Shown here in pieces: positions 1 through 11,320 of a stretch of DNA of 44,460 bases (its first letter is position 1; each line of letters opens with the position of its first letter). Under the pieces are notes generated by a model. It worked only from the letters and a program-made list of their open reading frames with translations, ran no database searches and was not told the DNA's origin. This DNA comes from Actinomycetota bacterium (lineage in GTDB: Bacteria; Actinomycetota; Actinomycetes; Nanopelagicales; Nanopelagicaceae): positions 1 to 44,460 of the forward strand of contig JBAWXP010000001.1 of NCBI GenBank assembly GCA_037143995.1, written 5' to 3'. Made by a program: the position numbers and the translations under genes.

Positions 1-1
1 C

Positions 2-382
2 ACCTTTGCATTTGCCGGCGTTGAACCAGAAGTGATGGGTTACGGACCCGTTCCCGCAACAATTAAGGCGCTGGAAAAAGCAGGCTTGAAGATTGACGAT
101 ATCGGTGCCTTCGAAGTCAATGAAGCATTTGCTGTGCAGGTATTGGCGTTCTTGGATCACTTTGGAATCGCAGATGATGATCCTCGCGTCAATCCTTATG
201 GTGGCGCAATCGCTGTCGGTCATCCCCTTGCATCATCTGGTGTGCGCCTGATGCTCAACTTAGCTCGCACCTTTGAAGAGAAGACTGATGTGCGTTATGG
301 CATTACAACAATGTGTATTGGCCTTGGTATGGGTGGCACAGTTATCTGGGAAAACCCTCACTTCACAGGAGCGAAAAAATAA
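2..382 (+). CDS. fadA: Acetyl-CoA C-acyltransferase (thiolase), 5'-truncated by the window edge
   Basis: Thiolase C-terminal motifs EVNEAFA, GGAIAVGHPLASSG and MCIGLGMG. The frame is open from position 2. Confidence 0.93.
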   Translation, partial: TFAFAGVEPEVMGYGPVPATIKALEKAGLKIDDIGAFEVNEAFAVQVLAFLDHFGIADDDPRVNPYGGAIAVGHPLASSGVRLMLNLARTFEEKTDVRYGITTMCIGLGMGGTVIWENPHFTGAKK

Positions 383-2493
383 TGACAACAGCAATGCAAT
401 TACCTGAGGGCGCTCCAGAAGAAGTAGTTACCAACGCTCTTGTTCGCGATGTTGATCTATCCCCCTTTGGTTTTAAGGGCTCACTTGCCTTGATTACCTT
501 AGATAACGGTCTTGATCACACTCGTCCCAATACCTTTGGGCCACAGTCTTTGATGGCACTTGATGCTGCTATTACTGATGCTGCATCACGCAAGCCTGCA
601 GCAATCGCGATCACGGGTAAGCCCTTTATCTTTGCAGCAGGTGCAGATCTCTCAGCACTGGCCTTTCTCAATAAGCGCGAACAAGCACTTGCTATCGGAA
701 AACTTGGCCACGATGTATTCCGTCGCCTTGATGAAATCGGTATTCCCACCTTTGCATTTATCAATGGCTTAGCCCTTGGTGGCGGACTAGAAGTTGGTCT
801 TCACTGCAACTTCCGCACGCTATCTGCAACGGCATTTACCGGGCTACCTGAAGTCTTCCTTGGCCTCGTTCCGGGATGGGGCGGAGCAACTATTGTTCCC
901 AAGTTGGTCGGTCCAGAACGCGCAGTTCAAATCATTATCGGCAACGCTCTCAATAACAACACCATGATGAAGTCAAAGGATGCGCTCTCACTCGGAATTG
1001 TTGACGCAGTCTTTACTCCATCTGACTTCCTTGAAAATTCTGTAAAATTTGCAGCATCCATCTTGAGCGGTGCAACAAAGATTGAACGTAAGGATTATTC
1101 AACTGACCCTGCATGGGACGCTGCCCTTGCTGCAGGACGAGTTGCTGCGCTCAAGAAATACGGCGGCGCAGAGATTGCCTCTCCTATGAAAGCACTCGAA
1201 CTCATTGCGCAAGCAAAGACCAATACACGCGGTCAAGGATTTGATGCAGAAGATGCAACCTTGGCAGATCTGACAATGTCTGATCCACTGCGTGCATCCC
1301 TCTATGCATTTAACTTGATTCAGAAGAAGCGCAAGAAAGTTGAAGGCGCTCCAAAGCCAGCTCTCGGTCGCAAGGTTGCCCGCGTTGGTGTTGTCGGTGC
1401 CGGCCTGATGGCATCACAACTAGCTCTCCTCTTGCTCCGTAATCTCAAGTGCCCTGTGGTCATGACAGATATCGATCAAGAGCGTGCTGATAAAGGTGTT
1501 GCATGGGTTAAAAACGAACTTACAAAGTTAGTTGAGAAGAAGCGCATGAGCGCTGAATCTGCGGGGCGTTTAGCGCTACTCATCAGCGGATCTGCAGATC
1601 AGCAGGTATTTGCCGGATGCGACTTCGTGATTGAGGCAATCTTTGAAGAGCTATCTCTGAAACAAGAACTCTTTAAGAAGCTTGAGAAGATCGTTGGGCC
1701 AGAATGCGTGCTCGCCACAAATACTTCATCACTATCGGTTGAACGTATGAGCGAAGGACTTGAACATCCAGAACGAGTTGTAGGTTTCCACTTCTTTAAT
1801 CCCGTTGCAATCATGCCTCTGCTCGAAGTTGCGCGTACATCAAAGACGGATGATGCAACAACTGCCACAGCAGTCAATATCGGCAAAGAACTCAAGAAGA
1901 CCATGATCATCTGTAAAGATGCACCTGGTTTTGTTGTGAACCGCTTACTAACTCGCTTTATGGGCGAGATCACCGATGCTGTTGATGAAGGAACCGATCC
2001 AGCTACTGCAGATAATGCAATGCGCGCTATTGGATTCCCTATGTCTCCCTTTGAACTTCTAGGTCTTGTGGGTCCTGGGGTTGCTCTGCACGTTGCAGAA
2101 ACGCTCAATGCAAATCTCGGACCTCGCTATCGCATCTCACCCACCATGCAGGCGATGGTGAAAGAGGGAGTGAAGACTTTCTATATCAAGAACGAAGATG
2201 GTTCATTTGGGCCAAACCCTGCAGCACTTGCACTCGTTCACAAGGGAACAACTCCATCGACTGCTGAACAAGTTCGATTGCGTGCACTCAAGGCACTTGC
2301 TGAGGAAGCTCGGATGATGCTCGATGAAGGCGTTGTCTCAAGCCCTGCAGAGATTGATCTCTGCATGTTGATGGGGGCTGGATGGCCAATGCATCTAGGT
2401 GGAATCTTGCCGTACTTAGATCGTGAAGGAATTAGCGAATCTGTTTGTGGTCAGCGTTTTCATGCGCCGGGAATTGCATCTCTTCCACAGTAG
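382..2493 (+). CDS. fadB: Fatty-acid oxidation multifunctional enzyme (enoyl-CoA hydratase / 3-hydroxyacyl-CoA dehydrogenase)
   Basis: Crotonase motifs ([28 protein letters not shown]), Rossmann GAGLMA, and TNTSSLS / GFHFFNP. The ATG at 382 overlaps the thiolase stop (TAATG). Confidence 0.92.
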   Translation: MTTAMQLPEGAPEEVVTNALVRDVDLSPFGFKGSLALITLDNGLDHTRPNTFGPQSLMALDAAITDAASRKPAAIAITGKPFIFAAGADLSALAFLNKREQALAIGKLGHDVFRRLDEIGIPTFAFINGLALGGGLEVGLHCNFRTLSATAFTGLPEVFLGLVPGWGGATIVPKLVGPERAVQIIIGNALNNNTMMKSKDALSLGIVDAVFTPSDFLENSVKFAASILSGATKIERKDYSTDPAWDAALAAGRVAALKKYGGAEIASPMKALELIAQAKTNTRGQGFDAEDATLADLTMSDPLRASLYAFNLIQKKRKKVEGAPKPALGRKVARVGVVGAGLMASQLALLLLRNLKCPVVMTDIDQERADKGVAWVKNELTKLVEKKRMSAESAGRLALLISGSADQQVFAGCDFVIEAIFEELSLKQELFKKLEKIVGPECVLATNTSSLSVERMSEGLEHPERVVGFHFFNPVAIMPLLEVARTSKTDDATTATAVNIGKELKKTMIICKDAPGFVVNRLLTRFMGEITDAVDEGTDPATADNAMRAIGFPMSPFELLGLVGPGVALHVAETLNANLGPRYRISPTMQAMVKEGVKTFYIKNEDGSFGPNPAALALVHKGTTPSTAEQVRLRALKALAEEARMMLDEGVVSSPAEIDLCMLMGAGWPMHLGGILPYLDREGISESVCGQRFHAPGIASLPQ

Positions 2494-4348
2494 AGCTCCA
2501 TTCGACAATGTCGCGGGAAATCTTCTGAGCAGTAATTCCTAGATCTTCCAAGATTTCTGCTGGCTTTGAGTGTTCGATAAATTCAAGTGGGACGCCGATG
2601 CTATGAAGTGCAACATTGAGCCCTGCTTCGCGGAACAGCTCTGATATCGAACTTGCAATACCTGCATGTCGAATTCCATTTTCCAAAACGACAACGCTCT
2701 TGTAACGCTGAGCCATGGTGATTAGCGATTGAGGTAGAGGCTTAACCCAGCGGGGATCAATAACTGTAACTCCAACACCTTCGCGGTATGCCTGTGATGC
2801 TGCTTCGACTGCTATCGCTGCCATGGCTCCAACGCTCACGAGAAGTACATCTGCGCTCTCGCCACGATAGAGAACATCAATGCCATCGCGCCGTTCGAAT
2901 GCAGGAATATCGCTATGTACTGCGCCTTTTGGAAATCTGACCATGGATGGTGCATCTGAAATTTCAACTGCTTCACGCAAAGTTTCGCGAAGTCGCGCGC
3001 CATCGCGAGGTGCTGCAACGTGCATTGTCGGAACAATTCCGGTGAGCGCTAAATCCCATACGCCATTATGTGAAGGACCGTCATCGCCAGTAATACCTGC
3101 GCGATCGAGTACAAAGGTGACACCTGCCTTGTGCAGGGCGACATCCATCAACATCTGGTCAAATGCGCGATTGAGGAATGTCGAATACACAGCAACAACT
3201 GGATGCATTCCTGCAAATGCCAAACCTGCAGCGCTGGTGACGGCATGTTGCTCTGCGATTCCTACATCGATGGTGCGCTCTGGAAATACCGCTTCAAATT
3301 TATCAAGGCCCGTTGGACCAAGCATTGCAGCGGTAATTGCCACAATATCTTTACGCTCATGTCCGAGCGCAACTAACTCTTCAGAGAAGACGCTGGTCCA
3401 AGTGGTTACTGATTTACCAAGTGGAGTTCCGGTTTCAGGATCGACGATTCCGACAGCATGGAACTTTTCGGCTTCATCTGCGATGGCAGGCTTATGGCCC
3501 TTACCTTTTTCGGTAATAACATGAAGCAGTACTGGCTCGCCAAATTCTTTTGCCTGAATGAGCGCACGCTCCATTGCCGCAACATCATGGCCATCGATCG
3601 GGCCGGCATATTTCAGACCGAGATCTTCAAACATTCCTTGTGGGGCGACAATATCTTTGATGCCCTTCTTCATTCCGTGAAGGGTTTCGTAGATTGGATT
3701 TCCAACAACTGGCGTCTTGGCAAGAACTTCCTTGCCCCAATCTAAGAAGCGTTCGTATCCGCGGGTTACGCGCAGCGTTGCAAGATATGTTGCGACTCCA
3801 CCGATAGTTGGTGAGTAAGAACGTTCATTATCGTTAACGACAATAATCAAATTACGATCTTTTGCCGCAGCAATATTATTGAGCGCTTCCCACGACATTC
3901 CGCCCGTGAGGGCGCCATCTCCGACTACAACAACGACGCTGCGATCGCTTTGCCCTGTGAGTGAGAAGCCCCGAGAGATGCCATCGCCCCATGAGAGTGC
4001 AGTCGATGCATGTGAATTTTCAATAACATCGTGAACGCTCTCGCTGCGATTGGGATATCCCGCGATTCCACCACGTCGACGTAACTTGTCGAATTGATCT
4101 GCGCGTCCAGTAAGAATCTTGTGAACATAGGATTGATGTCCTGTATCAAAGAGGATGACATCTTTTGGTGAATCAAAGATGCGATGTATTGCAATCGTTA
4201 GCTCGACTACTCCGAGATTAGGGCCAAGGTGTCCACCGGTCTTAGAGACTTGGGTGATTAAGAATTGGCGAATCTCTTCAGCCAAGGCGACAACGTTCTC
4301 AGGAGTGAGCGCCTTGAGGTCTTGCGGACCTTTGATCGATTCGAGCAT
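2432..4348 (-). CDS. dxs: 1-deoxy-D-xylulose-5-phosphate synthase
   Basis: [40 protein letters not shown] motif, IAEQHAV, DRAG. Confidence 0.97.
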   Translation of the reverse strand: MLESIKGPQDLKALTPENVVALAEEIRQFLITQVSKTGGHLGPNLGVVELTIAIHRIFDSPKDVILFDTGHQSYVHKILTGRADQFDKLRRRGGIAGYPNRSESVHDVIENSHASTALSWGDGISRGFSLTGQSDRSVVVVVGDGALTGGMSWEALNNIAAAKDRNLIIVVNDNERSYSPTIGGVATYLATLRVTRGYERFLDWGKEVLAKTPVVGNPIYETLHGMKKGIKDIVAPQGMFEDLGLKYAGPIDGHDVAAMERALIQAKEFGEPVLLHVITEKGKGHKPAIADEAEKFHAVGIVDPETGTPLGKSVTTWTSVFSEELVALGHERKDIVAITAAMLGPTGLDKFEAVFPERTIDVGIAEQHAVTSAAGLAFAGMHPVVAVYSTFLNRAFDQMLMDVALHKAGVTFVLDRAGITGDDGPSHNGVWDLALTGIVPTMHVAAPRDGARLRETLREAVEISDAPSMVRFPKGAVHSDIPAFERRDGIDVLYRGESADVLLVSVGAMAAIAVEAASQAYREGVGVTVIDPRWVKPLPQSLITMAQRYKSVVVLENGIRHAGIASSISELFREAGLNVALHSIGVPLEFIEHSKPAEILEDLGITAQKISRDIVEWSSTVEEMQFPAHENADHKQIR

Positions 4349-4362
4349 GGGTGCAGTCTAGA

Positions 4363-7020
4363 TTAGCCACGGAGCTGGCGCAGTACATACTGCATGATTC
4401 CGCCGTGACGGTAGTAATCCGCTTCGCCCGGTGTATCAATACGTACCTTCGCAGTAAAGGTCTTATCCCCCGCTGTCACAGTGACTTCCTTAGGGATACT
4501 GCCGTTATTGAGTGCTGTCACTCCTGTAATTGCAAAAGTCTCATCACCCTTAAGCCCTAGTGATTGAGCACTTTCTCCATTGGTAAATTGCAATGGAAGT
4601 ACACCCATACCAATCAAGTTTGAACGGTGGATACGTTCGAAACTTTCAGCGATTACAGCACGGACTCCGAGCAGTGCTGTTCCCTTTGCTGCCCAGTCAC
4701 GTGATGATCCTGATCCATACTCTTTACCTGCAAGGATAATCAGCCCAACACCTGCTGCTTGATATGCAACTGATGCATCATAAATTGTTGTTTGATCACC
4801 ATTGCTTAGGAAGTTTCGTGTGAAGCTGCCTTCAACACCATCGAGAAGCAGATTCTTCAGACGGATATTTGCAAATGTTCCACGAATCATTACTTCGTGA
4901 TTTCCACGACGTGAACCGTATGAATTAAAATCTTTACGATCGACGCCGTGAGCCTCAAGATATTTGCCTGCAGGTGAATCAGCTTTAATATTTCCTGCAG
5001 GTGAAATGTGATCCGTTGTTACTGAATCACCAAGGATTGCAAGTACTCGAGCTCCGGTGATATCTGTAACTGGCTTTGGTTCTGCAGGCATTCCCTCGAA
5101 GTACGGAGGCTTGCGAACATAGGTTGATTGTGGATCCCACTCAAAAGTTTTCCCTGTCGGAGTATCGAGTGACTTCCAGCGGTGATCGCCATCGAAGACA
5201 GTTGCATAATCCTTTTTAAACATCTCTGACGAGATAGATGAGTCGATGACAGATTGAATCTCCTGCGCAGAGGGCCAGATATCTTTAAGAAGGACTGGGT
5301 TGCCAGCTGTATCGTTTCCGAGAGAGTCATTTTCAAAGTCGTGATCCATGGTGCCGGCAAGTGCATAGGCAACTACAAGTGGTGGAGATGCAAGGTAATT
5401 CATCTTTACATCAGGACTGATACGTCCCTCAAAGTTACGATTTCCAGAAAGAACTGCAGTAACAGCAAGATCGTGCTCGTTGACTGCTTTGCTGATCTCG
5501 ATAGGTAGTGGGCCTGAATTTCCGATACAGGTAACGCAGCCATAGCCCACAAGGTTGAAGCCAAGTGCTTCCATGTACTTGGTTAGATCTGCGCGATCGT
5601 AGTAATCGGTAACAACCTTAGATCCTGGTGCAAGAGTGGTCTTCACCCATGGCTTTGATGTCAAGCCCTTTTCAACAGCTTTCTTGGCAAGAAGTGCTGC
5701 ACCGATCATCACAGAAGGGTTTGATGTATTGGTACATGAAGTAATTGATGCAATAACAACATCGCCATTCTTAATCGTAGTTGCCTTTGCGCCAACGCTT
5801 ACTGGATAAGCCTCTTTACCTGTCTTTTCAGATAAATATGTAGGGAGGATTTCTTCGAAAGAAGATTTTGATGCAGTCAGTGAGATGCGATCTTGCGGAC
5901 GCTTTGGTCCGGCAATGGATGAAACAACGGTCGAAAGATCAAGCTCGATATATTCAGAGAAGCGTGGAGAAGCTGCAGGGTCATGCCACATGCCTTGAGC
6001 TTTTGCATACTGTTCGACAAGTGCGACTTGGTCATCACTGCGTCCTGTGAGGCGAAGGTAGCGAAGAGTCTCTTCATCGATTGGGAAGATTGCACATGTT
6101 GAACCGTATTCGGGAGACATATTTCCGATTGTCGTGCGGTTTGCCATAGGTACAGAGACAACACCTGGTCCATAGAACTCGACGAATTTTCCGACGACTC
6201 CATGCTTACGGAGAATTTCAGTAATTGTCAGCGCCATATCGGTGGCTGTTGTTCCCACTGGTAGCTCGCCTGAAAGTTTGAAACCTACTACGCGCGGAAT
6301 CAACATTGAAACTGGCTGACCAAGAAGCGCTGCTTCTGCCTCGATGCCACCAACGCCCCAACCAAGAACACCGAGGCCGTTGACCATGGTGGTGTGTGAA
6401 TCAGTGCCCACAACTGTGTCTGGGTAGGCACGAAGAACGCCATTGACAGTACGAGTCATGACAACGCGAGCTAAATATTCGATATTTACTTGGTGCACGA
6501 TTCCGGTTCCGGGAGGAACAACCTTAAATTCATCGAATGCACCTTGTCCCCAACGCAAGAAGCGATAACGCTCGCGATTACGTTCGTACTCAACATCGGT
6601 GTTCTGTTCGAAAGAAGTTGCAGTTCCAAAGAAGTCAGCGATTACAGAGTGATCGATAACGAGCTCGGCCGGTGCAAGCGGATTCACCTTTGATGGGTCT
6701 CCCCCGAGATCTACGATTGCTTCGCGCATTGTTGCAAGATCGACGATGCATGGAACGCCTGTGAAATCCTGCATCACAACACGTGCGGGAGTAAATTGAA
6801 TTTCAGTATCTGGTTCGACCGATGGATCCCACTGAGCAAGAGCTTTAATGTGATCGGCGGTGATATTGGCGCCATCTTCTGTGCGCAAAAGATTTTCAAG
6901 AAGTACTTTGAGTGAGAAGGGAAGGTTTGTCGCTCCCTCTACCTTGGAGATATCAAAGATTTCATAATCTTTGCCAGCAACTGTGAGGTTCTTCTTACTG
7001 CCAAGAGAGTTCTTGCTCAT
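4363..7020 (-). CDS. acnA: Aconitate hydratase A
   Basis: [49 protein letters not shown]; 885 aa. Confidence 0.97.
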   Translation of the reverse strand: MSKNSLGSKKNLTVAGKDYEIFDISKVEGATNLPFSLKVLLENLLRTEDGANITADHIKALAQWDPSVEPDTEIQFTPARVVMQDFTGVPCIVDLATMREAIVDLGGDPSKVNPLAPAELVIDHSVIADFFGTATSFEQNTDVEYERNRERYRFLRWGQGAFDEFKVVPPGTGIVHQVNIEYLARVVMTRTVNGVLRAYPDTVVGTDSHTTMVNGLGVLGWGVGGIEAEAALLGQPVSMLIPRVVGFKLSGELPVGTTATDMALTITEILRKHGVVGKFVEFYGPGVVSVPMANRTTIGNMSPEYGSTCAIFPIDEETLRYLRLTGRSDDQVALVEQYAKAQGMWHDPAASPRFSEYIELDLSTVVSSIAGPKRPQDRISLTASKSSFEEILPTYLSEKTGKEAYPVSVGAKATTIKNGDVVIASITSCTNTSNPSVMIGAALLAKKAVEKGLTSKPWVKTTLAPGSKVVTDYYDRADLTKYMEALGFNLVGYGCVTCIGNSGPLPIEISKAVNEHDLAVTAVLSGNRNFEGRISPDVKMNYLASPPLVVAYALAGTMDHDFENDSLGNDTAGNPVLLKDIWPSAQEIQSVIDSSISSEMFKKDYATVFDGDHRWKSLDTPTGKTFEWDPQSTYVRKPPYFEGMPAEPKPVTDITGARVLAILGDSVTTDHISPAGNIKADSPAGKYLEAHGVDRKDFNSYGSRRGNHEVMIRGTFANIRLKNLLLDGVEGSFTRNFLSNGDQTTIYDASVAYQAAGVGLIILAGKEYGSGSSRDWAAKGTALLGVRAVIAESFERIHRSNLIGMGVLPLQFTNGESAQSLGLKGDETFAITGVTALNNGSIPKEVTVTAGDKTFTAKVRIDTPGEADYYRHGGIMQYVLRQLRG

Positions 7021-7043
7021 CGCTCTACTTCTTTCAAGGGAGA

Positions 7044-7061
7044 TATCTTGACGTCAAGATA
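7044..7061. promoter_or_regulatory. Perfect 18-bp palindrome TATCTTGACGTCAAGATA upstream of acnA; candidate TamR-type (MarR family) operator
   Basis: Exact inverted repeat 23 bp upstream of the acnA ATG. It resembles, from memory, the Streptomyces TamR site found at aconitase. Confidence 0.65.
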
Positions 7062-8268
7062 CCTTACTTGGCACAAATTTCGCAACAGATTCGATGTGAT
7101 GTGTCATCGGAAAGAGATCAAATGCGCGCATGGATTCGAGGTGGTAACCGGCATCACGTAGATATCCGGTATCTCGCGCAAGGGCTGCTGGGTCGCAGGC
7201 GACATAGACAATGCTGCGAGGCTTCAACTGCGCGCAGTGTCCGATGACATCTTTTCCCGCGCCTTCTCGAGGTGGGTCAAGAACAATCACATCGGCTGCT
7301 GAGAAACGAGTGATAAGTCGAGCAACATCACCGGTATAGATATGAACATTCTCTTTTCCGGCAAAGTTGCGAGCAGCATCTGCGGTTGCACTCTTGCTTC
7401 CTTCAACGATATCAACAGAACCGCTTTCGCCAATCTGCGAAAGGAAGCTTGCAGCAAAGAGTCCGACTCCCCCGTATAAATCCAACACGTGATCGCCTTC
7501 GCGCAGCAGTGCATATTGCAGTACAGCATGGGTCAGAACGCGTGGAGCATCCTTATGGCTCTGCCAGAAAGATTTCTGACTTACTTCAAAAGAGTTCTCG
7601 CCGACTGTGTAGTGGGCTGTATCTGGGCCATCAGTAATACGTAACGGTGATTCGTCGCCAGAAAGTGCAGTCGCAATCGTACGTTCGCCTGTGTTGGAGA
7701 TTGTGATTTCAACGCGTTGATCACCTTTAGCTCCGCGCTGTGCAAGTTCAGAGAACTTCATCTCAGGAACGAGAATTCTGCAATCATCGACGGGGATAAT
7801 CTTGTGGCTGCGCGCCTGATAGAAACCAAAGGCACCGGCCTTTGTTGTTACTGCAGCACATCGGGTGCGCCAGCCTAAAGGCCCGCTCACTTCTTCGACA
7901 TCGACATCAATATCCAGCTTGGCAATGCGCGCAAATTGCTCGGTGATCACATCGCTTTTGAGATTACGTTGACGAGTAAGAGATATATGTTGAAAATCGC
8001 AGCCTCCACAACCATTGCGATGTGCAAATCTGCACGGCGCACTGACTCTGTCAGGTGAAGGCGTAATGACGTCAACTACATCTGCTCGATTGAATGAGGA
8101 GCCCGTGCTTGTGATCTCGATATCGCACTCTTCGCCCGGTATCCCATGGCGAACAAATATGACGGCGCCTTCATATCGAGCGATGAAATGGCCGCCGTGG
8201 GCTACCTTTTCAATTGTCACCCGTATCTTCTGCCCCACTACGAGGGATGTTCGCTTTGTAGATGACAT
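7054..8268 (-). CDS. TRAM-domain class I SAM-dependent RNA (uracil-C5) methyltransferase, RlmD/TrmA-like
   Basis: N-terminal TRAM domain (AHGG), CGGCDFQH Fe-S motif, LDLYGGVG, LDPPREG, YVACDP, DLFPMTHHIE. Start placed at ATG 8268, 7 nt after a TAGGCT box. Confidence 0.88.
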   Translation of the reverse strand: MSSTKRTSLVVGQKIRVTIEKVAHGGHFIARYEGAVIFVRHGIPGEECDIEITSTGSSFNRADVVDVITPSPDRVSAPCRFAHRNGCGGCDFQHISLTRQRNLKSDVITEQFARIAKLDIDVDVEEVSGPLGWRTRCAAVTTKAGAFGFYQARSHKIIPVDDCRILVPEMKFSELAQRGAKGDQRVEITISNTGERTIATALSGDESPLRITDGPDTAHYTVGENSFEVSQKSFWQSHKDAPRVLTHAVLQYALLREGDHVLDLYGGVGLFAASFLSQIGESGSVDIVEGSKSATADAARNFAGKENVHIYTGDVARLITRFSAADVIVLDPPREGAGKDVIGHCAQLKPRSIVYVACDPAALARDTGYLRDAGYHLESMRAFDLFPMTHHIESVAKFVPSKVS

Positions 8269-8334
8269 AACGGCTAGCCTAGTCGAGTTCGGCTTAATGG
8301 AGATTTTTTGCGTAGGCAGTAGTAAGTTAGTCCT

Positions 8335-8994
8335 GTGCATGTAGTCATCATGGGTTGTGGTCGAGTCGGTTCTTCTCTCGCGATTGAACTAGAAGCAGCT
8401 GGCCATTCAGTTGCAGTCATCGATCAATCCAAGGAAGCATTTAGACGCCTCGGCGCAGATTTCAAAGGTCGCACAGTTACAGGTGTTGGCTTTGACCGTG
8501 ACACCCTCCTCGAAGCTGGCATCGAAGGCGCAGAAGCTTTTGCCGCCGTCAGCAATGGAGATAACTCAAATATTCTTGCAGCCCGCGTTGCCCGTGAAAG
8601 TTTTGGCGTAACAAATGTTGTCGCTCGTATCTACGATCCAGGTCGCGCAGAAATTTATCAGCGCCTCGGTATCCCAACTGTTGCCACTGTCATTTGGGCT
8701 ACAGATCAAATCCTGCGTCGTATAGCGCCCGGTGGTGCTCGCTCTGAATGGCGTGATGCAACCGGAACAGTTCAACTCGTTGAAGTGCATCCACATCTCG
8801 ACTGGTACGGCAGACCAATCTCTGAACTTGAAAGCGCTACCCAATCTCGCGTTGCCTTCCTGACACGTCTTGGTGAGGCCCTTATTCCTGAAGCCCATAC
8901 CGTGCTCCAAGATGGCGATCTTGTTCATATGACTATCCGTGACGAGATTCTTGCCACTGCAGAAGCTGTCCTAGCGAAGGGTCCGGTGAATTAG
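8335..8994 (+). CDS. trkA: TrkA-family K+ uptake regulatory (RCK) subunit, CeoB-like
   Basis: GCGRVG Rossmann motif, GDNSNI, TrkA_N plus TrkA_C layout. Confidence 0.88.
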   Translation: MHVVIMGCGRVGSSLAIELEAAGHSVAVIDQSKEAFRRLGADFKGRTVTGVGFDRDTLLEAGIEGAEAFAAVSNGDNSNILAARVARESFGVTNVVARIYDPGRAEIYQRLGIPTVATVIWATDQILRRIAPGGARSEWRDATGTVQLVEVHPHLDWYGRPISELESATQSRVAFLTRLGEALIPEAHTVLQDGDLVHMTIRDEILATAEAVLAKGPVN

Positions 8995-8996
8995 TA

Positions 8997-9656
8997 ATGA
9001 GAATTGCAATCGCAGGAGCTGGCAACGTTGGTCGTGCAATTGCACGCGAACTTCTTGATAATGGACATCAGGTTCTTCTCATTGACCGCGACCCTAAAGC
9101 TCTCAAAATTGATTCAGTGCCAGATGCTGAGTGGTTGATGGCTGATGCATGTGAAATCGCAGCACTCGATAATGCGCAGCTCAATATGTGCCAAGTGCTA
9201 GTTGCGGCAACGGGAGATGACAAGGTCAACCTCGTAACTGCGCTCCTTGCGAAGACTGAGTATGGAGTTCCTCGCGTCGTAGCGCGTATTAACCATCCAA
9301 AGAATGAATGGCTCTTTGATCAATCATGGGGCGTTGACGTTGCTGTATCAACGCCACGCATTATTGCCGCCCTCGTGGAAGAAGCAGTGAGCGTCGGCGA
9401 TGTTGTAAGGCTCTTCTCATTCCGTAAAGGTCAAGCAAATCTTGTCGAACTTACCTTGCCTGATTCTTCAACATGTATTGGAAAGACAGTCGGTGAGGTT
9501 GAACTTCCAGAAGATGCATCCCTTGCTGCAATAGTTCGTGACGGTCGAGTAATCGCACCTTCACCAAGTGATGTATTTATTGCAGGAGATGAACTTCTCT
9601 TTGTTGCTTCCACAACTGCCGAAGACCTGATTAAGGGCTGCTTTATTGCTCAGTAG
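8997..9656 (+). CDS. trkA: Second TrkA-family K+ uptake regulatory subunit, CeoC-like
   Basis: GAGNVG, TGDDKVN, and C-terminal RCK_C (AIVRDGRVI...GDELLF). Confidence 0.88.
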   Translation: MRIAIAGAGNVGRAIARELLDNGHQVLLIDRDPKALKIDSVPDAEWLMADACEIAALDNAQLNMCQVLVAATGDDKVNLVTALLAKTEYGVPRVVARINHPKNEWLFDQSWGVDVAVSTPRIIAALVEEAVSVGDVVRLFSFRKGQANLVELTLPDSSTCIGKTVGEVELPEDASLAAIVRDGRVIAPSPSDVFIAGDELLFVASTTAEDLIKGCFIAQ

Positions 9657-10257
9657 GTAGCTTTGGTGCGTTCTTGAGCACTAGCCATGAACCATATGCA
9701 GTTGCAATAAAGAGTGGATATCCCATTGCAAGATTAACGCTTCCGAGTAAATTGAGATTTCCACTTCGGTAAATCGGATATTGCACAGCGATGCGCGTAA
9801 AGAACATAAGAACCCAGAGCCAGCTCGCTCTCATATATGCGCGCTTACGTTCTGGATGGTTGCGCCACTTAAGGTTCTCTCCAAGAATCGGCCCCAACAT
9901 CAGTCCAAGTACCGGCCACCCTGCAAGATTGGCAATTAAATAGACGCTTCCATAACCTAAATTAGTCAGCAACTTTGGAATATAGACATCACTTGGATTA
10001 CCCGTTTTATTTGCAAACCAGGCACAGACGAGCACTCCAACCAATCCAGAGAGCGCATGTTGCAAGGTATCGCGCCTGATAAGTCGTATCAGAGTTAAGA
10101 GTCCAGAGATTGCGACAGAGGCTAAGAGCGCAGAATGGAGGTGGTGCGTTATGTTAAATGTAACAAGAAAGATTATTGAAGGGATTCCCGAATCAATGAG
10201 ACCTTTTCTTCCGCCAAAAGCGCTGAGAACTTTGTCGCGATCTTCCTGAGCACTCAT
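9643..10257 (-). CDS. DUF3159-family membrane protein
   Basis: Multiple hydrophobic helices and a GGxxGLIDS N-terminus. Conserved actinobacterial position between trkA and dut. Confidence 0.75.
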   Translation of the reverse strand: MSAQEDRDKVLSAFGGRKGLIDSGIPSIIFLVTFNITHHLHSALLASVAISGLLTLIRLIRRDTLQHALSGLVGVLVCAWFANKTGNPSDVYIPKLLTNLGYGSVYLIANLAGWPVLGLMLGPILGENLKWRNHPERKRAYMRASWLWVLMFFTRIAVQYPIYRSGNLNLLGSVNLAMGYPLFIATAYGSWLVLKNAPKLPTEQ

Positions 10258-10697
10258 TGACGACCTGTCGAGCCAAATCCACCAGTGCCACGACCTGAAC
10301 CTGGCAATTCTTCTACTTCAATAAATTCTGCACGTTCAACTTTCTGAAAGACAAGTTGGGCAATGCGATCACCGCGTTTAAAGGTGATGCTCTCCTTGGG
10401 GTCATGATTAATCATGATGCATTGCAATTCTCCGCGAAATCCTGCATCGACTGTGCCAGGCGCATTGACCATGGTGACGCCATGTTTAATCGCAAGTCCA
10501 GAACGCGGGTGAACGAGCGCTACATACCCGTCTGGCAGTGCAATGGATATTCCGGTTGGTACAAGTGCGCGTTCTCCAGGTGCCAAGGTAATGTCGATAC
10601 GAGAGACGATATCTGCCCCAGCATCTCCCCCTTTAGAGTATTGCGGCAGCGGAAGATCTGGATCAAGACGAGTAATAAGAACGTGAAGATTACTCAT
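10254..10697 (-). CDS. dut: dUTP diphosphatase
   Basis: GDAGAD, PRSGLA, GTVDAGFRGE, RIAQL, RGTGGFGSTG. Confidence 0.97.
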   Translation of the reverse strand: MSNLHVLITRLDPDLPLPQYSKGGDAGADIVSRIDITLAPGERALVPTGISIALPDGYVALVHPRSGLAIKHGVTMVNAPGTVDAGFRGELQCIMINHDPKESITFKRGDRIAQLVFQKVERAEFIEVEELPGSGRGTGGFGSTGRQ

Positions 10698-11278
10698 GGG
10701 TTGATATCAAACTCGGGATCGACAAATCGCAGTACATCAGGATTTTTACGAAGTTCTTCAAGGTAATCAGCCGGTGCATTTTCGAGGAAGTGCTTCATGG
10801 GAACGATAACAAAGAGAGATGCTGCACGAACTGCAACTTCACCATCTGGCCCACCTAAACGACCTTCAGCCTCAGAGTAAACCTTGCGATTTACTTGTCC
10901 TGTGATGCGCGCTGTGATGTAGAGCTTTGTTCCGATAGGCACTGGCTTAAGAAAATCTGTCTCAAGTCGAGCAGTGACAGCGGGTGCTCGTAAAAGCCAC
11001 ATAAGTTTTCCTAGCGCCTCATCAAAAGCAAGTGAGAGTAAGCCACCATGGGCCAGACCCGGAGCACCTTGATGATCTTGCGTCACAGTAAATTCAGCGG
11101 TGATATCTGCGCCTTTGCCGACATGCGCAACCAGGTGTAATCCTGTGGGATGTAGCTCACCACAACCAAAGCAATGTTTGAAGTGAGAAGGAATCTGCGT
11201 ACCTGTTGCAGGTGATTGCGGGTGGCGTTCTGGGATCAACGCACCTATTGGTGGCGTAGTGCTAGCAACGCGACTCAT
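10694..11278 (-). CDS. PaaI/hotdog-fold thioesterase
   Basis: CFGCG motif and HQGAPGLAHGGLLSLAFDEALG hotdog signature. Confidence 0.85.
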   Translation of the reverse strand: MSRVASTTPPIGALIPERHPQSPATGTQIPSHFKHCFGCGELHPTGLHLVAHVGKGADITAEFTVTQDHQGAPGLAHGGLLSLAFDEALGKLMWLLRAPAVTARLETDFLKPVPIGTKLYITARITGQVNRKVYSEAEGRLGGPDGEVAVRAASLFVIVPMKHFLENAPADYLEELRKNPDVLRFVDPEFDINP

Positions 11279-11320
11279 GAGCCAAGGTTACTTGATGAAA
11301 TGCAAGATAGCCTAGACCTC

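Noticed and set aside
313-381. N-terminal extensions in the ORF track (fadB from 313; likewise amtB 25412, coaD 32507, thiL 36563, leuC 42551, rpsP 19844, rimM 19019, methyltransferase 8340)
   Set aside because: They overlap neighbouring genes or promoters and precede the family-typical N-termini. Better starts with SD sites or -10 boxes lie downstream.
2880-3524. 214-aa plus-strand ORF, and similar long antisense ORFs at 27529-28110, 33764-34516 and 35947-36648
   Set aside because: They are codon-aligned shadows of dxs, smc, recG and thiL on the opposite strand, Ser/Ala/Pro/Thr-rich and without recognisable motifs.
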